The notes under the pieces were generated by a model. It did not search any database. It had not been told where the DNA came from and worked only from the letters and a program-made list of their open reading frames with translations. Below, one piece after another: positions 52,601 to 64,000 of a DNA stretch of 64,000 bases. Each line of letters begins with the position of its first letter. Within the stretch, counting starts at the first letter, position 1. Both the position numbers and the translations under genes were made by a program. This DNA comes from Callorhinchus milii (taxonomy: Eukaryota): positions 29,948,001 through 30,012,000 of the forward strand of contig NW_024704742.1 in assembly GCF_018977255.1 (NCBI RefSeq), in the 5' to 3' direction.

Positions 52601-54206
52601 AACCTCCTGTATTGCACAATTGCTATAAGAACTGTAGCTGTCAGTCTTCATTACACTGCATGCTTTCCATAACGCTGGATAAATAAACTATGTGAACAAT
52701 CTGGTTCTTGTACCGTTGTTCAAAAGCCACACTTGGCAGGTTTATTTCAAGCTTTGCTATGTTCCCCAAAGGTCGAGAATGATTCTCGTAAGCCAGTGAA
52801 TTAATTTACAGTCTAGTCGTAGCCATAAAAATTTGTCACACCGTGCCGTGCGTTTTTGGTGCTCGAATTATACATTTAAATTTATACAATACTTTGAAAT
52901 CTCATTATAGTTACTTAACAGCACGTAGCAATAAATTGACTAAAGGTAGGCAATGAGCAGAGTAGCCCATCAGTCTTTAGTAAATGTAGCAGCATTTCCC
53001 CCAGTAAAGTCCAATTTTTCCCTTGTCTAATAGATCCACAGGCAGCAACAGATCCATCCAGTAAAAGGTAAAAAGTTTGCCCACAAAACATTCAATCACT
53101 AAACTTTACAATATTTCATGTCAAGCATTTTAAGGCACCCTCACGACGTGAAAGGTGCTATATCAATTTCAAGCATTATTATTATCAGATAGTGATCAGG
53201 TCGAAAAATTCCAGCTAATTCTTCCCACTACTGGCAAGGAAACTGGTGTGGTTAGTTCATCTAACTCAGTACTTGCCATGTATCAAAGCTAAGACACTTC
53301 CAGGCTCATTACTACCAACAACAATGTACACTTGTACAATGCCTTTCAGGTTGAATGAATCACTTAAACAAGGACGCTATATAAGTGTAATTGTTGCTGT
53401 TGTTGTTAAAGTGCTTATGAACTTCTCAAAGAGCTAAAAAGTGCACCACGGCAAAATGCATAGCATTCAATTCCACATTTTAAGACACTTCTCAGCTTAC
53501 TTCTACACCATCTCTTGCACTAGAGCAATCTGTACCTGGTTTCTGCTCTGCTGTCATTATTATCATTATTATTATTGAGAATAGTCAAAAGGAATTGCTC
53601 CCTCGCTCCCTGAGGGAAAGCCCACATCATGTGCTCTGACTTTCTCTCTGGTTAACTCCAATTAGGCCTCGCATACAGGGAAATTTACTCCCTATTTAAA
53701 AACAGAATCTCAATGCAGCTGAGTGGGAAGATTTGAGGAAATGACCAGATCTAATACCATGAGGGAACATAGCACCACAGGATTTCTGTGCTTGAATAAA
53801 TATAAACGTGGGATGGTTGTCATCAAAGAAGCTTCACCAGAGATCAAAGTGTGTAGAGGGTGCTTGAGAGCAACAACAACTTTCATTTATCTAGTGACCT
53901 TCACATAAGGATAATATTTTGCAGCACTTCATAAAAATGAGGTTGAACGTCAATCAAGGGAGGACGGGGAAGGAGGTGACTGTAGATGTGGTCAAAGATA
54001 GGTTTTTATGTGGGAATTAAGGACACAGAGAGAGAATGTGAGATGGAGGGGTGGGGCTGGTGAATTCCTGAGGTTGAGCATAGTTGTTGAGCAGTGAACT
54101 GGACAGACTCGCTGGATTCGAATATCTGATAATAATAATCATAGTCCTTACAATACTATGACTATGACAATCTATGCCATTTTTAACAAAGAAAAAACAT
54201 GCACAT

Positions 54207-54440
54207 GAAAGAATTTTTTCACCCAGAGATTTGTTGGGTATGCAACAAGTAGGATCATGGAGGCAGAGTCCAATGTGGGTTTCATGAGGGAAGTAGACAG
54301 GCATATGAAAGAAAGGGGCTTGGAGGGATATGGGAATAAGGTGGGGCACTGGGATTGAAGCAATATCCTTGCTCTGTGGGCCAGTGCTGACTCAATGGGC
54401 CGAATGGCCTACTTCTGTGCTGTAAATTTCTATGTTTCTA
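54207..54440 (+). mobile_element. CR1 3' end fragment
   Basis: tttttcacccagag...atgggccgaatggcctacttctgtgctgtaaatttctatgtttcta. Confidence 0.85.
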
Positions 54441-54571
54441 TTGTTCTACGCACACAATCAGGTTTATTGTTAGTAATACGTGTTGTACTTTTATGACACT
54501 GTGAGGAACTCATTCGCAGCAGCTGTGTACCTGTTTGACAACCTGCCTTTTGCAGCAAGGAAGTGTATTTA

Positions 54572-54900
54572 TAATAATTATGCTTGCATTTGGCATAGTG
54601 TCTTTCACATTGGCAGGAGATCCCAAAGCACTTCACAGAATATACTGTAACGTGCGGTGACTGTAATTTGTGGGCGAATGCGGCAGCCAATTTGCATGCA
54701 GCAATGTCCTACAATCAGCCATGAAGCGAATGACCAATTTTATTTTTGGGGATTGTTGATCAGGACACCGAGAGACACTCCCTTTTCTTTTCAAGTACTT
54801 CTGTGCTATCTTTAACCTTCAACTGAACTCGCAGACCTTGGTTCAATGACCCATCCAAAGGAGTGCATCTCTGTCAATGCAGCACTTTACTGGAGTGCAG
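54572..54900 (-). mobile_element. Old Deu-type SINE
   Basis: Deu-like body and L2-like tail on the minus strand; paralogous to 62761-63180. Confidence 0.75.
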
Positions 54901-55990
54901 ACCTTATCAGTTTATTCACAAACCAGAAGCTTGGTTGGCAGTTGCAGTTTCTGTTCTGCAAAATGAAGATCCAGAAACTCAGATGAGACCTGTGATATCC
55001 TGCAGTCAATCTAAAATTACAAAACAGCAGATTCTGAGAAAAGGCTTTGAAAAACTTCTGATCGATCTTTCACACCCCTCATAGGGTGCTGACACCTTGG
55101 CCAACTGCTGCATTGTTCTGCAACAAATGAGCTTTGTTGGTGAGGGAGGGGATGTGGAGAGAGAAGCGAGAAGCACTCTCTTCTGTTGGATCTATGGGTG
55201 GGGGAACAAAAGGAGCCCAACTCTCTAATATGCACAAGGTCAGACGAGGCACAATGCAAAAATTGCTCTTAAGGCTGGTGTTATTTCCTGAAAGAGATTT
55301 GATTTCAGATTTGTAATACTACTCTTGAAACACAATTCACTTAAATTCTATTTAAGGTCAACACAAGAGTTAAGCGTGATGCAATGGATGCAAACAGTAA
55401 ACAGATCTGAAGTTGCTCCCAATTTGCCCTGTTACTGTGTGTAGATTAAACTGTTTGGTTGAATGTGAATAAAAAAAACTATACACAGTGCACTCCGTAT
55501 TATCGCATGAAGTCAGGATTGGACAGACATCATGTAATTATATGGAGTATGCAATTACCCATTAGTTGCGCCACCATCCCATCACTCTGATGGTCACTCA
55601 ATCCATGACTGTTTGTGCGCAATTGGCTGCTGCTTTTCGCTCAATTATCCAACATGCATTTGAGCAGAGTGCAACACCATGCAAACAAAGAGATGACTTT
55701 GTGATGAGTCAGATTTTACAAGTCGGATAAGTGGCTAAGAAATCAAAGACATTTGCATAGGAAAACGATGCAGCTACGACTTAGTGGAATATACCACTTA
55801 CAATGAGATGACTTATGCAAGTTCACCCGAATTAGAAATTCTGATGGCTGGCTTTATGGCCCTTTTTTCAAACTTGAAAAAAAACAATTTTACTGGAATA
55901 TGCAAAGCAGAAGAGATTTAGAAATAAAATATTTTTTTAATGTTGAGTGCACATCTTTGTAGAAAGAACAACACTGTTTTTAGCTGCTAT

Positions 55991-56358
55991 ATAATAATAA
56001 TCCTTATATTTAATATAGCACCTTATCACATAGTTGAGATGTGACAAAGTGCTTCACAGAATATATTGTAAAGTGTATTGACTGTATATTTTGTGGCGAA
56101 ACATGGCAGCCAATTGCATACAGCAGTTTCCAACAAACAGTCGTAGATTGAGTGACCAAATTATTATTTTTGAAAAGTTTTTTTGGGAGGATTATTACCC
56201 CAGAAAGCGACTAACAACCGGGTTCCTACTTACTGTTGGATAAGCAGAGACATGTGGAGTAAGGAAACTCACCCAAGGTTTTGCCCTGCCTGGGAATCGA
56301 ACCCAGGTCCTCTCATTTGTGAGGTAAGTCCACTAACCAATATGTTATAGGACTTCAC
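55991..56358 (-). mobile_element. tRNA-Ala SINE, long variant
   Basis: Head with B-box ggttcgattccc, cagtaagtaggaacccggttgttagtcg segment, TTA tail. Confidence 0.9.
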
Positions 56359-56500
56359 TGCTGAAACCCAAGAGGGAAAAGGAATAGAGTATTAAACCTC
56401 CTTTTTGTAAGTTTGGCACAAATATGTTTTTAACTCATCCCTATACCAATATAAGGCAGGCAGAAACATATTCTTTTTCTCCCTTCTAATACCACTAACT

Positions 56501-56865
56501 GTGGAGTCCTGTAGCTCAGTGGTTAGAAAACTTGACTGCAAGCAAGATACCTGGGTTCAATTTCCAGCAGAACTAAATGTTGGGCAAGTTTCCTTACTCC
56601 ACACACCTCTGTTTACCTAGCAGTAAGTAGGAACCTGGTTGTGAGTCAATTGGTGGATCACTTTTCTGGGGGTAATAATTGCTTCAAAAAAAATGGTCAC
56701 TTCAATCCATGACTGTTTGTGGGACACTGTTGTGTGCAATTGGCTGCTGCGTTTCGCCTATAAAAAATACGGTCAATTTATTTTATATTATATTCTGTGA
56801 AGCCCTTTGAGACATCTCAAAGATGTAATAAGGTGCTCTATCAAATGCAAGCGTTATTATTATTA
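56501..56865 (+). mobile_element. tRNA-Ala SINE, long variant
   Basis: Head plus ctgtttacctagcagtaagtaggaacctgg, Deu-like body and tail. Confidence 0.9.
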
Positions 56866-57345
56866 CTTTAAAGTCAGACTATAGAGATCTGCTCATCTGA
56901 GTGGATTTCCCAGAGATGGCATTTAGTTTGACAGGCTTGACCAGGGTTAAATATGATTTACATAGTTTGTAGAATGAAAGTTGGGTCAAAAATGTAGTTT
57001 CTATCAGCAAAATCTGTCAAGGCTTTAAACTATAATTACCCACTTTCTTCTGCAAATGTACATCCATAACTAGTTTAACTGCTCTGGGCTGAATAAATCA
57101 CAGTTCTATTGCATCCTGGGCTTGAGTAGTTAAAAACTCAATCTACGGAGATGTTTAACCAACATTAATGGAAAATTGCTCCTTGCCCAGGTGTCAGTTG
57201 ACAGAAAATGTCCGATGACAGCTCCTTGAATCATTCAATCATAAACTTCTGATTTGGGAAGAAAATCCTGTCCAGTAAGATCAAAGTGATACACTGCAAT
57301 ACTGCATCACAGAAATTGTTTCCCCCGCTACTCTGTTTGGATTAT

Positions 57346-59065
57346 CATAGAATAATAGAATCATAGATTCGTACAGCACAAAAAGAGGCCATTCGGCCCA
57401 TCGAGTTTGTGCCGACTCTGAATAGAGCAATGTAATGTCAATCCCACTCCCCAGCCCTTTCCCCATAACCCTGCAAACCCGTCCTCCTCAAATATCCGTC
57501 CGCCGCGTTTTTAAAAGTAGTTATCAAATCGGCCTCCACCACCCTTTCAGATAATACGTTCCAGATTCGAACAACTCGCTGCATGAAAAAATTTCTTCTC
57601 ACTTCCCCTCTGCTTCTTTTAGATACTATTCTGAACTGTGACCTTGAGTCACCGACATACCCACCAGTGGAAACAGTTTTTCCCTTTCTAACCTATCAAA
57701 TCCCCTCATGATTTTGAAGACCTCTATTAAGTCTCCTTGTAACCTTCTCTGCTCCAATGAGAATAATCCCAGCCTCTCTAGCCTTTCCTCATAATCAAGG
57801 TCCCTCATTCCTGGTACCATTCTTGTAAATCTCCTCTGCACCCTTTCAAATGCCTTAACATCCTTCCTATAATGTGGCGCCCAGAACTGGGTGCAGTATT
57901 CTAACTGAGGCCTACCCAGTATTTTATATAGGTTAATCATAACCTCCTGACTCTTGTACTCTATGCCCCTATTTATAAAGCCTAGAATCCCATTTGCCCT
58001 TTTTACAGGCTTATCTACCTGTCCTGCCACCTTCAAGGATTCATTTACCTGCACCCTCAGGTCTCTCTGTTCTTTCACCCCCTTAAGATTGTATTACCAG
58101 CCTGTATTGCCTTCCCTCATTCCTTCTACCAAAATGCATTACTTCGCATTTCTCTACATTGAAACTCATCTGCCATGTGTCTGCCCATTTTACCATTCTG
58201 TCTATGTCTTCCTGCAGTTGGCTCCTATCCTTCTCACTATTTACCACCCTACCTAACTTTGTGTCGTCCGCAAACTTGGAAATGGTACTTGCTATACCCA
58301 AGTCCAGACAATTTATGTATATTAAGAAGAGCAGTGGTCCTAATACCGATCCCGGGGACGCCACTGTACACTTCCCTCCAGTCAGAAAAGCAGCCGTTCA
58401 CCACAACTCTCTGCTTTCTGTCTCCCAGCCAGTTCTGGATCCATGCTGCCACTAGCCCTTTTATACCATGGGCTTCTATCTTTCTTACAAGTCTTTCATG
58501 CGGTACTTTGTCAAATGCCTTTTGAAAGTCCATATAAACTACATCAACTGCACTACCTTTATCCACCCTCTCCGTTACCTCATCGAAAAATTCTATTAGA
58601 TTTGTTAGACAAGATTTGCATTTAACAAATCCGTCCTGGCTGTCCCTAATTAACCCATATTCTTCGAAGTGAAGATTTATTCTGTCCCGGATTATAGACT
58701 CCAGGAGTTTCCCCACTACTGATGTTAGGCTGACTGGCCTGCAGTTCCCAGGTTTGTCCTTCTGTCCCTTTTTGTACAGGGGAATCACATTGACCACTCT
58801 CCAGTCCTCTGGCACCACTCCTGTGTCCAAGGAAGATTGAAAAATTGTAGCCAAAGCCTATTTGTACCTATGCCTCCCATAGTAACCTTGGTTGCATTCC
58901 ATCCGGACCAGGCGACTTATCTACCTTCAGCGCAGTCAACCTTTTCAGTACTTCCCCTCTGTTTATACTTATCCTATCCATTTCTTCTACCCTCTCCTCC
59001 GATACTGCGGCATTTGGTGCATCCACTTCTTTTGTGAAGACAGATGCAAAGTACACATTCAGTAC

Positions 59066-59115
<50 letters not shown>

Positions 59116-61230
59116 CCTTGCATTTGATATAGCGCTTTTCACGTCAGGAGGACGTCCCAAAGCGCTTCACAGAACACACTGTAAAGTGAATTGACTGTAT
59201 ATTTGTGGGCGAACGCGGCAGCCAATTGCGCACAGCAATGTCCCACAAACAGTCGTAGATTGAAAATGACCAATTTATTATTGTTTTGTTTTTTTGGAGG
59301 GATTATTATTAGGCGTGTGGAGTAAGGAAACTTGCCCAAGGTTTCGCCCTGCCTGGAATTGAACTCAGGTCTCTCACTTGCAAAGCGAGTGCTCTAACCA
59401 CTGAGCTACAGGACTCCACTACATCAACCATGCCCTCTGCCTCCACAATAAGATTTTCCCCTTGGTCCTTAATTGGCCCCACCCTACCTTTGACTAACCT
59501 TTTTTTCCTTGATATGTTTGTAAAATATTTTAGAATTCCCTTTAATGTTACCCGCTAACCTTTTTTCGTATAATCTTTTTGCCCCTCTTATTTTCTTTTT
59601 CAAATCTCTTCTGCACTTCCTATATTCGATTTGGTTGTCTTCTGTATCTTGGGTTTGACATTTGTCATATGCTTTCTTTTTCTGCTTCATTTTAGATACA
59701 ATTACCTTCATCATCCACGGAGGTTTGGAAGCCCTACTTTTCCCTTTTGTGGGAATGTATGTATTTTGTCCCCGAGCTATCTCATCCTTGAAGACTTCCC
59801 ACTGCTCTTTAGTTGTTTTACTTCCAATCTTTCTTTCCAGTCCACCTTGGCTAGGTCCCTTTTTAACTCACTGAAATTTGCCCTCTTCCAGTTGAATATC
59901 TTTACCTTAGATGGTTCCTTGTCTCTTTCCATATGCACTTTGAATCTAATGATGTTATGATCACTATTACCCAGATACTCTCCCATTGAAACCTGCTTTA
60001 CTTGTCCTACTTAATTCCCCAGAACTAGATCTAGCACTGGTTCCTTCCTTGTTGGGCTGGAAATGTACTGATCAAGAAAGTTGTCCTGTATGCATTTTAG
60101 GAATATTTCCCCCTCCTTGCCCTTTGCGCTGTTGTTTTGCCAGTCTTTGTTGGGATAATTAAAGTCCCCCATTATCACGACTCTATTGGCCTTGCATCTG
60201 TCTGAGATCTGCTTGTAGATCTGCTCATCTATTTGCTTCCCATTATTTGGTGGTCTATAGTATAACCCTATCAGCGTAACAGCTCCTTTTTTGTTCCTTA
60301 ACTCTAACCAGATAGATTCCGTTTTGGGGCCCTCCAGCACCTCGACCCTTTCCACGGCTATAACCGTATCTTTGACTAACATTGCCACACACCCTCATTT
60401 TTTTTCTTCCCTATCTCTCCTGAATACATTGTAGCCAGGAATATTCAGCTCCCATTCCTGTCCTTGCTTGAGCCAAGTCTCTGTTACTACTACTGCATTG
60501 TGTCCCCCCTTTGACCACTTGAGCCTGCAGCTCACCAATCTTGTTTGCTAAACTCCATGCATTTAGGCACATGCATTCCAAGACCGACTTGACCTGTTCT
60601 GTGCTTCCCCCCTGTTTTATTTCTCCATTTTCTAGCTCTTCGTTTTTTGCATTCCCTTCCCTCCTCAAAACTAGTTTAAACCCTCCCCAACAGTATTAGA
60701 TAGCCTGTCTGCAAGTACATTCTCCCCAGCCCTGTTTAGATGCAACCCATCTATATGATACAGGTCCCACCTGCCCCAGAAATGGTTCCAATGATCCAGA
60801 AACTTGAAGCCCTCTTTTCTGGACCATTTCTCCAGCCAAGCATTCATATGCTTGATCCTGCCGTTCTGGTACTTATTTGCTCGAGGCACAGGGAGCAATT
60901 CAGAGATTGCCACCTTGGATGTTCGATTCTTTAGTATCTTCCCCAGCTTTTGATATTGACCCTGTAGAGTCTCAGCCCNTTTTTTTACCAATATCATGGA
61001 TCCCCACCTGGACCACCACTTCTGGATGTTCTCCTTCCCCCTGAAAACTTTTATCCACCCTTTCTGCGATGTCTAAGACTGTTGCACCGGGGAGGCAACA
61101 TACCATCCTTGACTCCTGTCTTCTGTTACAAAACCATCGGTCTATACCTCTCACTGTTGTATCCCCTATGACAACAGCATTATTTATGTTACCTATGTGC
61201 CCTTGTTCCACCAATTGTCATGAGAAGCTT
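57346..61230 (-). mobile_element. Near full-length CR1 LINE: ORF1 (SGNH esterase) and ORF2 (APE, RT), decayed
   Basis: ORF1 VVIGDT...CLPGA...VGIHDIG...[74 protein letters not shown]. Tail tctatgattctattattctatg. The 5' end may extend to about 61380. Confidence 0.96.
59068..59419 (-). mobile_element. Young tRNA-Ala SINE (short variant) inserted in CR1 ORF2
   Basis: Long pure (TAA)n tail of about 15 units; TSD tacat at 59063-59067 and 59420-59424. Removing the SINE and one TSD copy restores MVDVLNVYFASVF. Confidence 0.96.
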
Positions 61231-61540
61231 TACAAAAGTTGTTTCTCATTTCCTAGAATTAATAAACCTGTGACTGTATTATTTAATTACTCCCGGTTAC
61301 TACAGTCCTTGCCAAACTCCACTTGCTCCCTGTCACAGAACTGATCCTCACTCTAGTGTTTAAATCCCTCCATTCCTTGGTATTTATGACTTATATGAAG
61401 TCTGCGTTGAATAAGTCGTATAACGTCTGATATAATCAATAGTCTACCTTGCGCATGCGTAATTCAATGCAGACAGTAAGTGCACATGCAGTAGTTTGCA
61501 GTTCTTAATTGCAGTGCCTGCAGTGACTGGTAAAGAAATC

Positions 61541-61591
61541 ATTTCCCGAGATTCAATGTAAGTGTTGGAATTACATTGAATTGCGGGAAAT
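61541..61591. repeat. 21-bp inverted repeat within a cluster of TTTCCCGCAATTCAATG-like motifs
   Basis: atttcccgagattcaatgtaa / ttacattgaattgcgggaaat, 2 mismatches, 9-nt loop. Confidence 0.85.
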
Positions 61592-62760
61592 TAAGTTCTC
61601 CTGTGCATACCTCAACGGATCAAGACTGTGTTTCCCGCAATCCATGCAGCCGGTAATTCAATGTGGTAAGTGAGCATGGCATCAACCAGTCAGGATGTTA
61701 TTTCCCCGTGAATCAATGCAGCCAGTAAATGTGGGAGTACTGAAGGGTAGGATAGAGACGTTAGGAGTTAGGAGGTGATAAGTACAACTAGTGCAAAGAA
61801 ATCTAAGTGGTTTTGATAGGAAACTGAATGGGACTCAGGTACATGTATGATTTAGGCGATTATATGATTTATAATCATGTAATTCATAATTATAATTCAG
61901 AAGACTTTTGTGAGTTTTACTGTACTAATAAATTTACAATCTACCTATCAGAATCCTATCCACTGACAGAGCAGTAGCCTGCTGTGGTAGATTTTTTTCA
62001 TTTAAAAAGAGGATGTTTCCCTTGATCGGCCTTCCCTTCCCACTCGTGTTCAGTCACAAAAGTATCAATGGAAACCTCCAACATTGATGAAGAACAAGTG
62101 AACTGCATTACAAATTTATTCCCAGGGCAACTAGCAGAAAAATCGAGAACAGAGTTAAATATTTAACTTTGAGGCGTTTCAATTGCCCAAGATAATTATT
62201 GCTCTGCATTCTGTATAACAAAGAAAAAACATATGTTTAAATGCAGTAATTCCTCATGACTCTGAAATAGAAGTTTAGTCATGTGAGCTTAATGTATCCC
62301 AATTCACGATAGTGCCAACACTTGTTTCAATAAAACTCTAGCCGAGAAATGTTTCACTTAAAATATACAAAGGAAAAACAGAGTGTAGTCCAGCCGTCAC
62401 TTGTCTTTTAATTACCTTGTAGGCTCGCAGCTAGAAAATTCAAATTAATAAGCATCGACAGTATTGAGTGTTCTTGTTTTGGCAGATACTTGCAGGTAGA
62501 CATTTAGATATGTGTGCTTGCGATTATTAGCAAAAATGTAGACCAGTATCAAAAAAAAGACTATTAATAAGTGATTATAATGCACTAATGGAGCCAGGAA
62601 TCCTTGCAAAACACTATGATTATCTCATCTCTTTAAAAATAATTATGCACATCAGTAGCAGCTTTATTAGTAATATGTGTTGCAATTTGTTAACACATCC
62701 ATTTGCAGCAGTTGTGTACCCTGTTTGAAGACCTGCTTTTTGCAGGAAGGAAGTACATTT

Positions 62761-63180
62761 ATAATGTTTGTATTTTACATAGAACGTCTGACGTCAGGAG
62801 GGCATCTCAAAGCGCTGCGCAAGATTTTGCTGTGAAGAGTAGTGACTGTGTATTTTGTAGGTAAATGTGGCAACCAATTTGTGCACATCTGACACACAAA
62901 CAGCCATGAAGTGGATAACCAATTTTATCTGGGAGCATTATTGATCAGGACACTGGAAGGAACTCCCTTTTCTTTTCGAGTACCTTAGCGCCATTTTAAC
63001 ATCCACCTGAACATCCATCTGATGGGGTCTTGGTTAATGTCTCAAAGGATAGCACCTCCAACAATGCTACCCCAAGCACTGTAATGGAGATGTCAACCTG
63101 GGCTGTATGTTTAAAGTCTTAATGTTTCATTGAACCCACAATCGTTATGACTCAGAGGCAAGAATGCTATGGAGTGAGTC
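62761..63180 (-). mobile_element. Old Deu-type SINE
   Basis: Head ...ttgtgggttcaa, Deu-like core and tail; shares its unique flank with the 54572 copy. Confidence 0.75.
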
Positions 63181-64000
63181 ATTCTAGCATATTTTGTTTA
63201 GAAGGGTTATTGAACAAATGACTTCCAGGCAAGAACAAGAATGCAAAGACCAAGGAGAGCATGACAGCAGAGGATCACACTATTGTTACAATACAGGATG
63301 GTTCATGTAATTATTTTATGAATGCTTCTGCCCTTTCCTTCATTGGGAACAGTTTTTTCATCTTCATCTTTGGAATGCTACCACCAGCTGCTCCATTACC
63401 AAGGCTATGAATTCAGGCCAGTATATGCGCCAGATCGGGACTAATGACAAGCTACTCCTTGGAAGCGTACAGTGTCTCTTGCAGATTCAAACACAAATTG
63501 AATTAAAACGAATTTATTAAATGTTGAATGATTAAGGTAATCAGCAGTACTGCAATCACACAAGTACAGAGGCAAACAAACCCTTTTCTGTCCAATTGTA
63601 CTATTGTGTGATACATTTAATTTGAGACTTGTGCATCAATGTCTTGTACTGTTTGTATAAAACATAGCCACACCTAACCTCCAATAAAGTATTTTATTTC
63701 CTGGTTTCTTCGTATTCACCAAACACTTTCCTTTTGAACTTTGGTTCTGAATTATTCGGTAGTTGATTTCCTGGAAACAATCCACATCTCAAACTAATTT
63801 GCCCGACATTATTTAATGCATTCTAGATTTGAATTATGCTTTGGATGAGGCACAAATCTTACTGAAAGTCCAAGTTCTGCAGGAAAATATTGAAACAGTA
63901 TCTTGGCTGGCTGTAATACTAGGTTTCATCCACCAACCTAAGAGAAGTACCTCCTCCTTAAACACAATCTCCAGATCTAATGAAAAATGTATCTCAAACC

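Noticed and set aside
1002..55316. The many 60-150 aa ORFs in the supplied track
   Set aside because: Apart from those overlapping MGAT4 exons or LINE ORFs, they are antisense to repeats or have no recognisable domain or exon structure.
62415..62502. Candidate MGAT4 first exon (MSTCKYLPKQEHSILSMLINLNFLAASLQG, AG|gtaatt)
   Set aside because: The phase fits, but there is no convincing hydrophobic signal anchor and no similarity to MGAT4 N-termini.

Overview
This is vertebrate nuclear DNA, not prokaryotic. The repeat content (tRNA-head SINEs with a Deu-like domain, CR1 and L2 LINEs, Penelope-like ends) suggests a cartilaginous fish, possibly a chimaera, but that is inference. The only host gene I can support is six consecutive minus-strand exons of an MGAT4-family N-glycan branching GlcNAc-transferase (27486 to 4473). 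All six have canonical AG/GT sites and continuous phases. I did not find its transmembrane first exon or its 3' exons in the window. The rest is intronic or upstream sequence dense in retroelements: a near full-length CR1 with an SGNH-esterase ORF1, several L2s, young tRNA-Ala-derived SINEs in several structural variants and older Deu-type SINEs. There are also palindromic MITE-like elements, a Penelope-type palindrome with a degenerate hammerhead-like core, a 19-bp minisatellite and several unexplained inverted-repeat structures. I cannot demonstrate a wholly new system. The best leads are the divergent MGAT4 paralogue, SINE body/tail modular evolution, the interleaved inverted repeats at 69-299 and the Penelope/hammerhead palindrome. 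Repeat boundaries were read by eye and are approximate.
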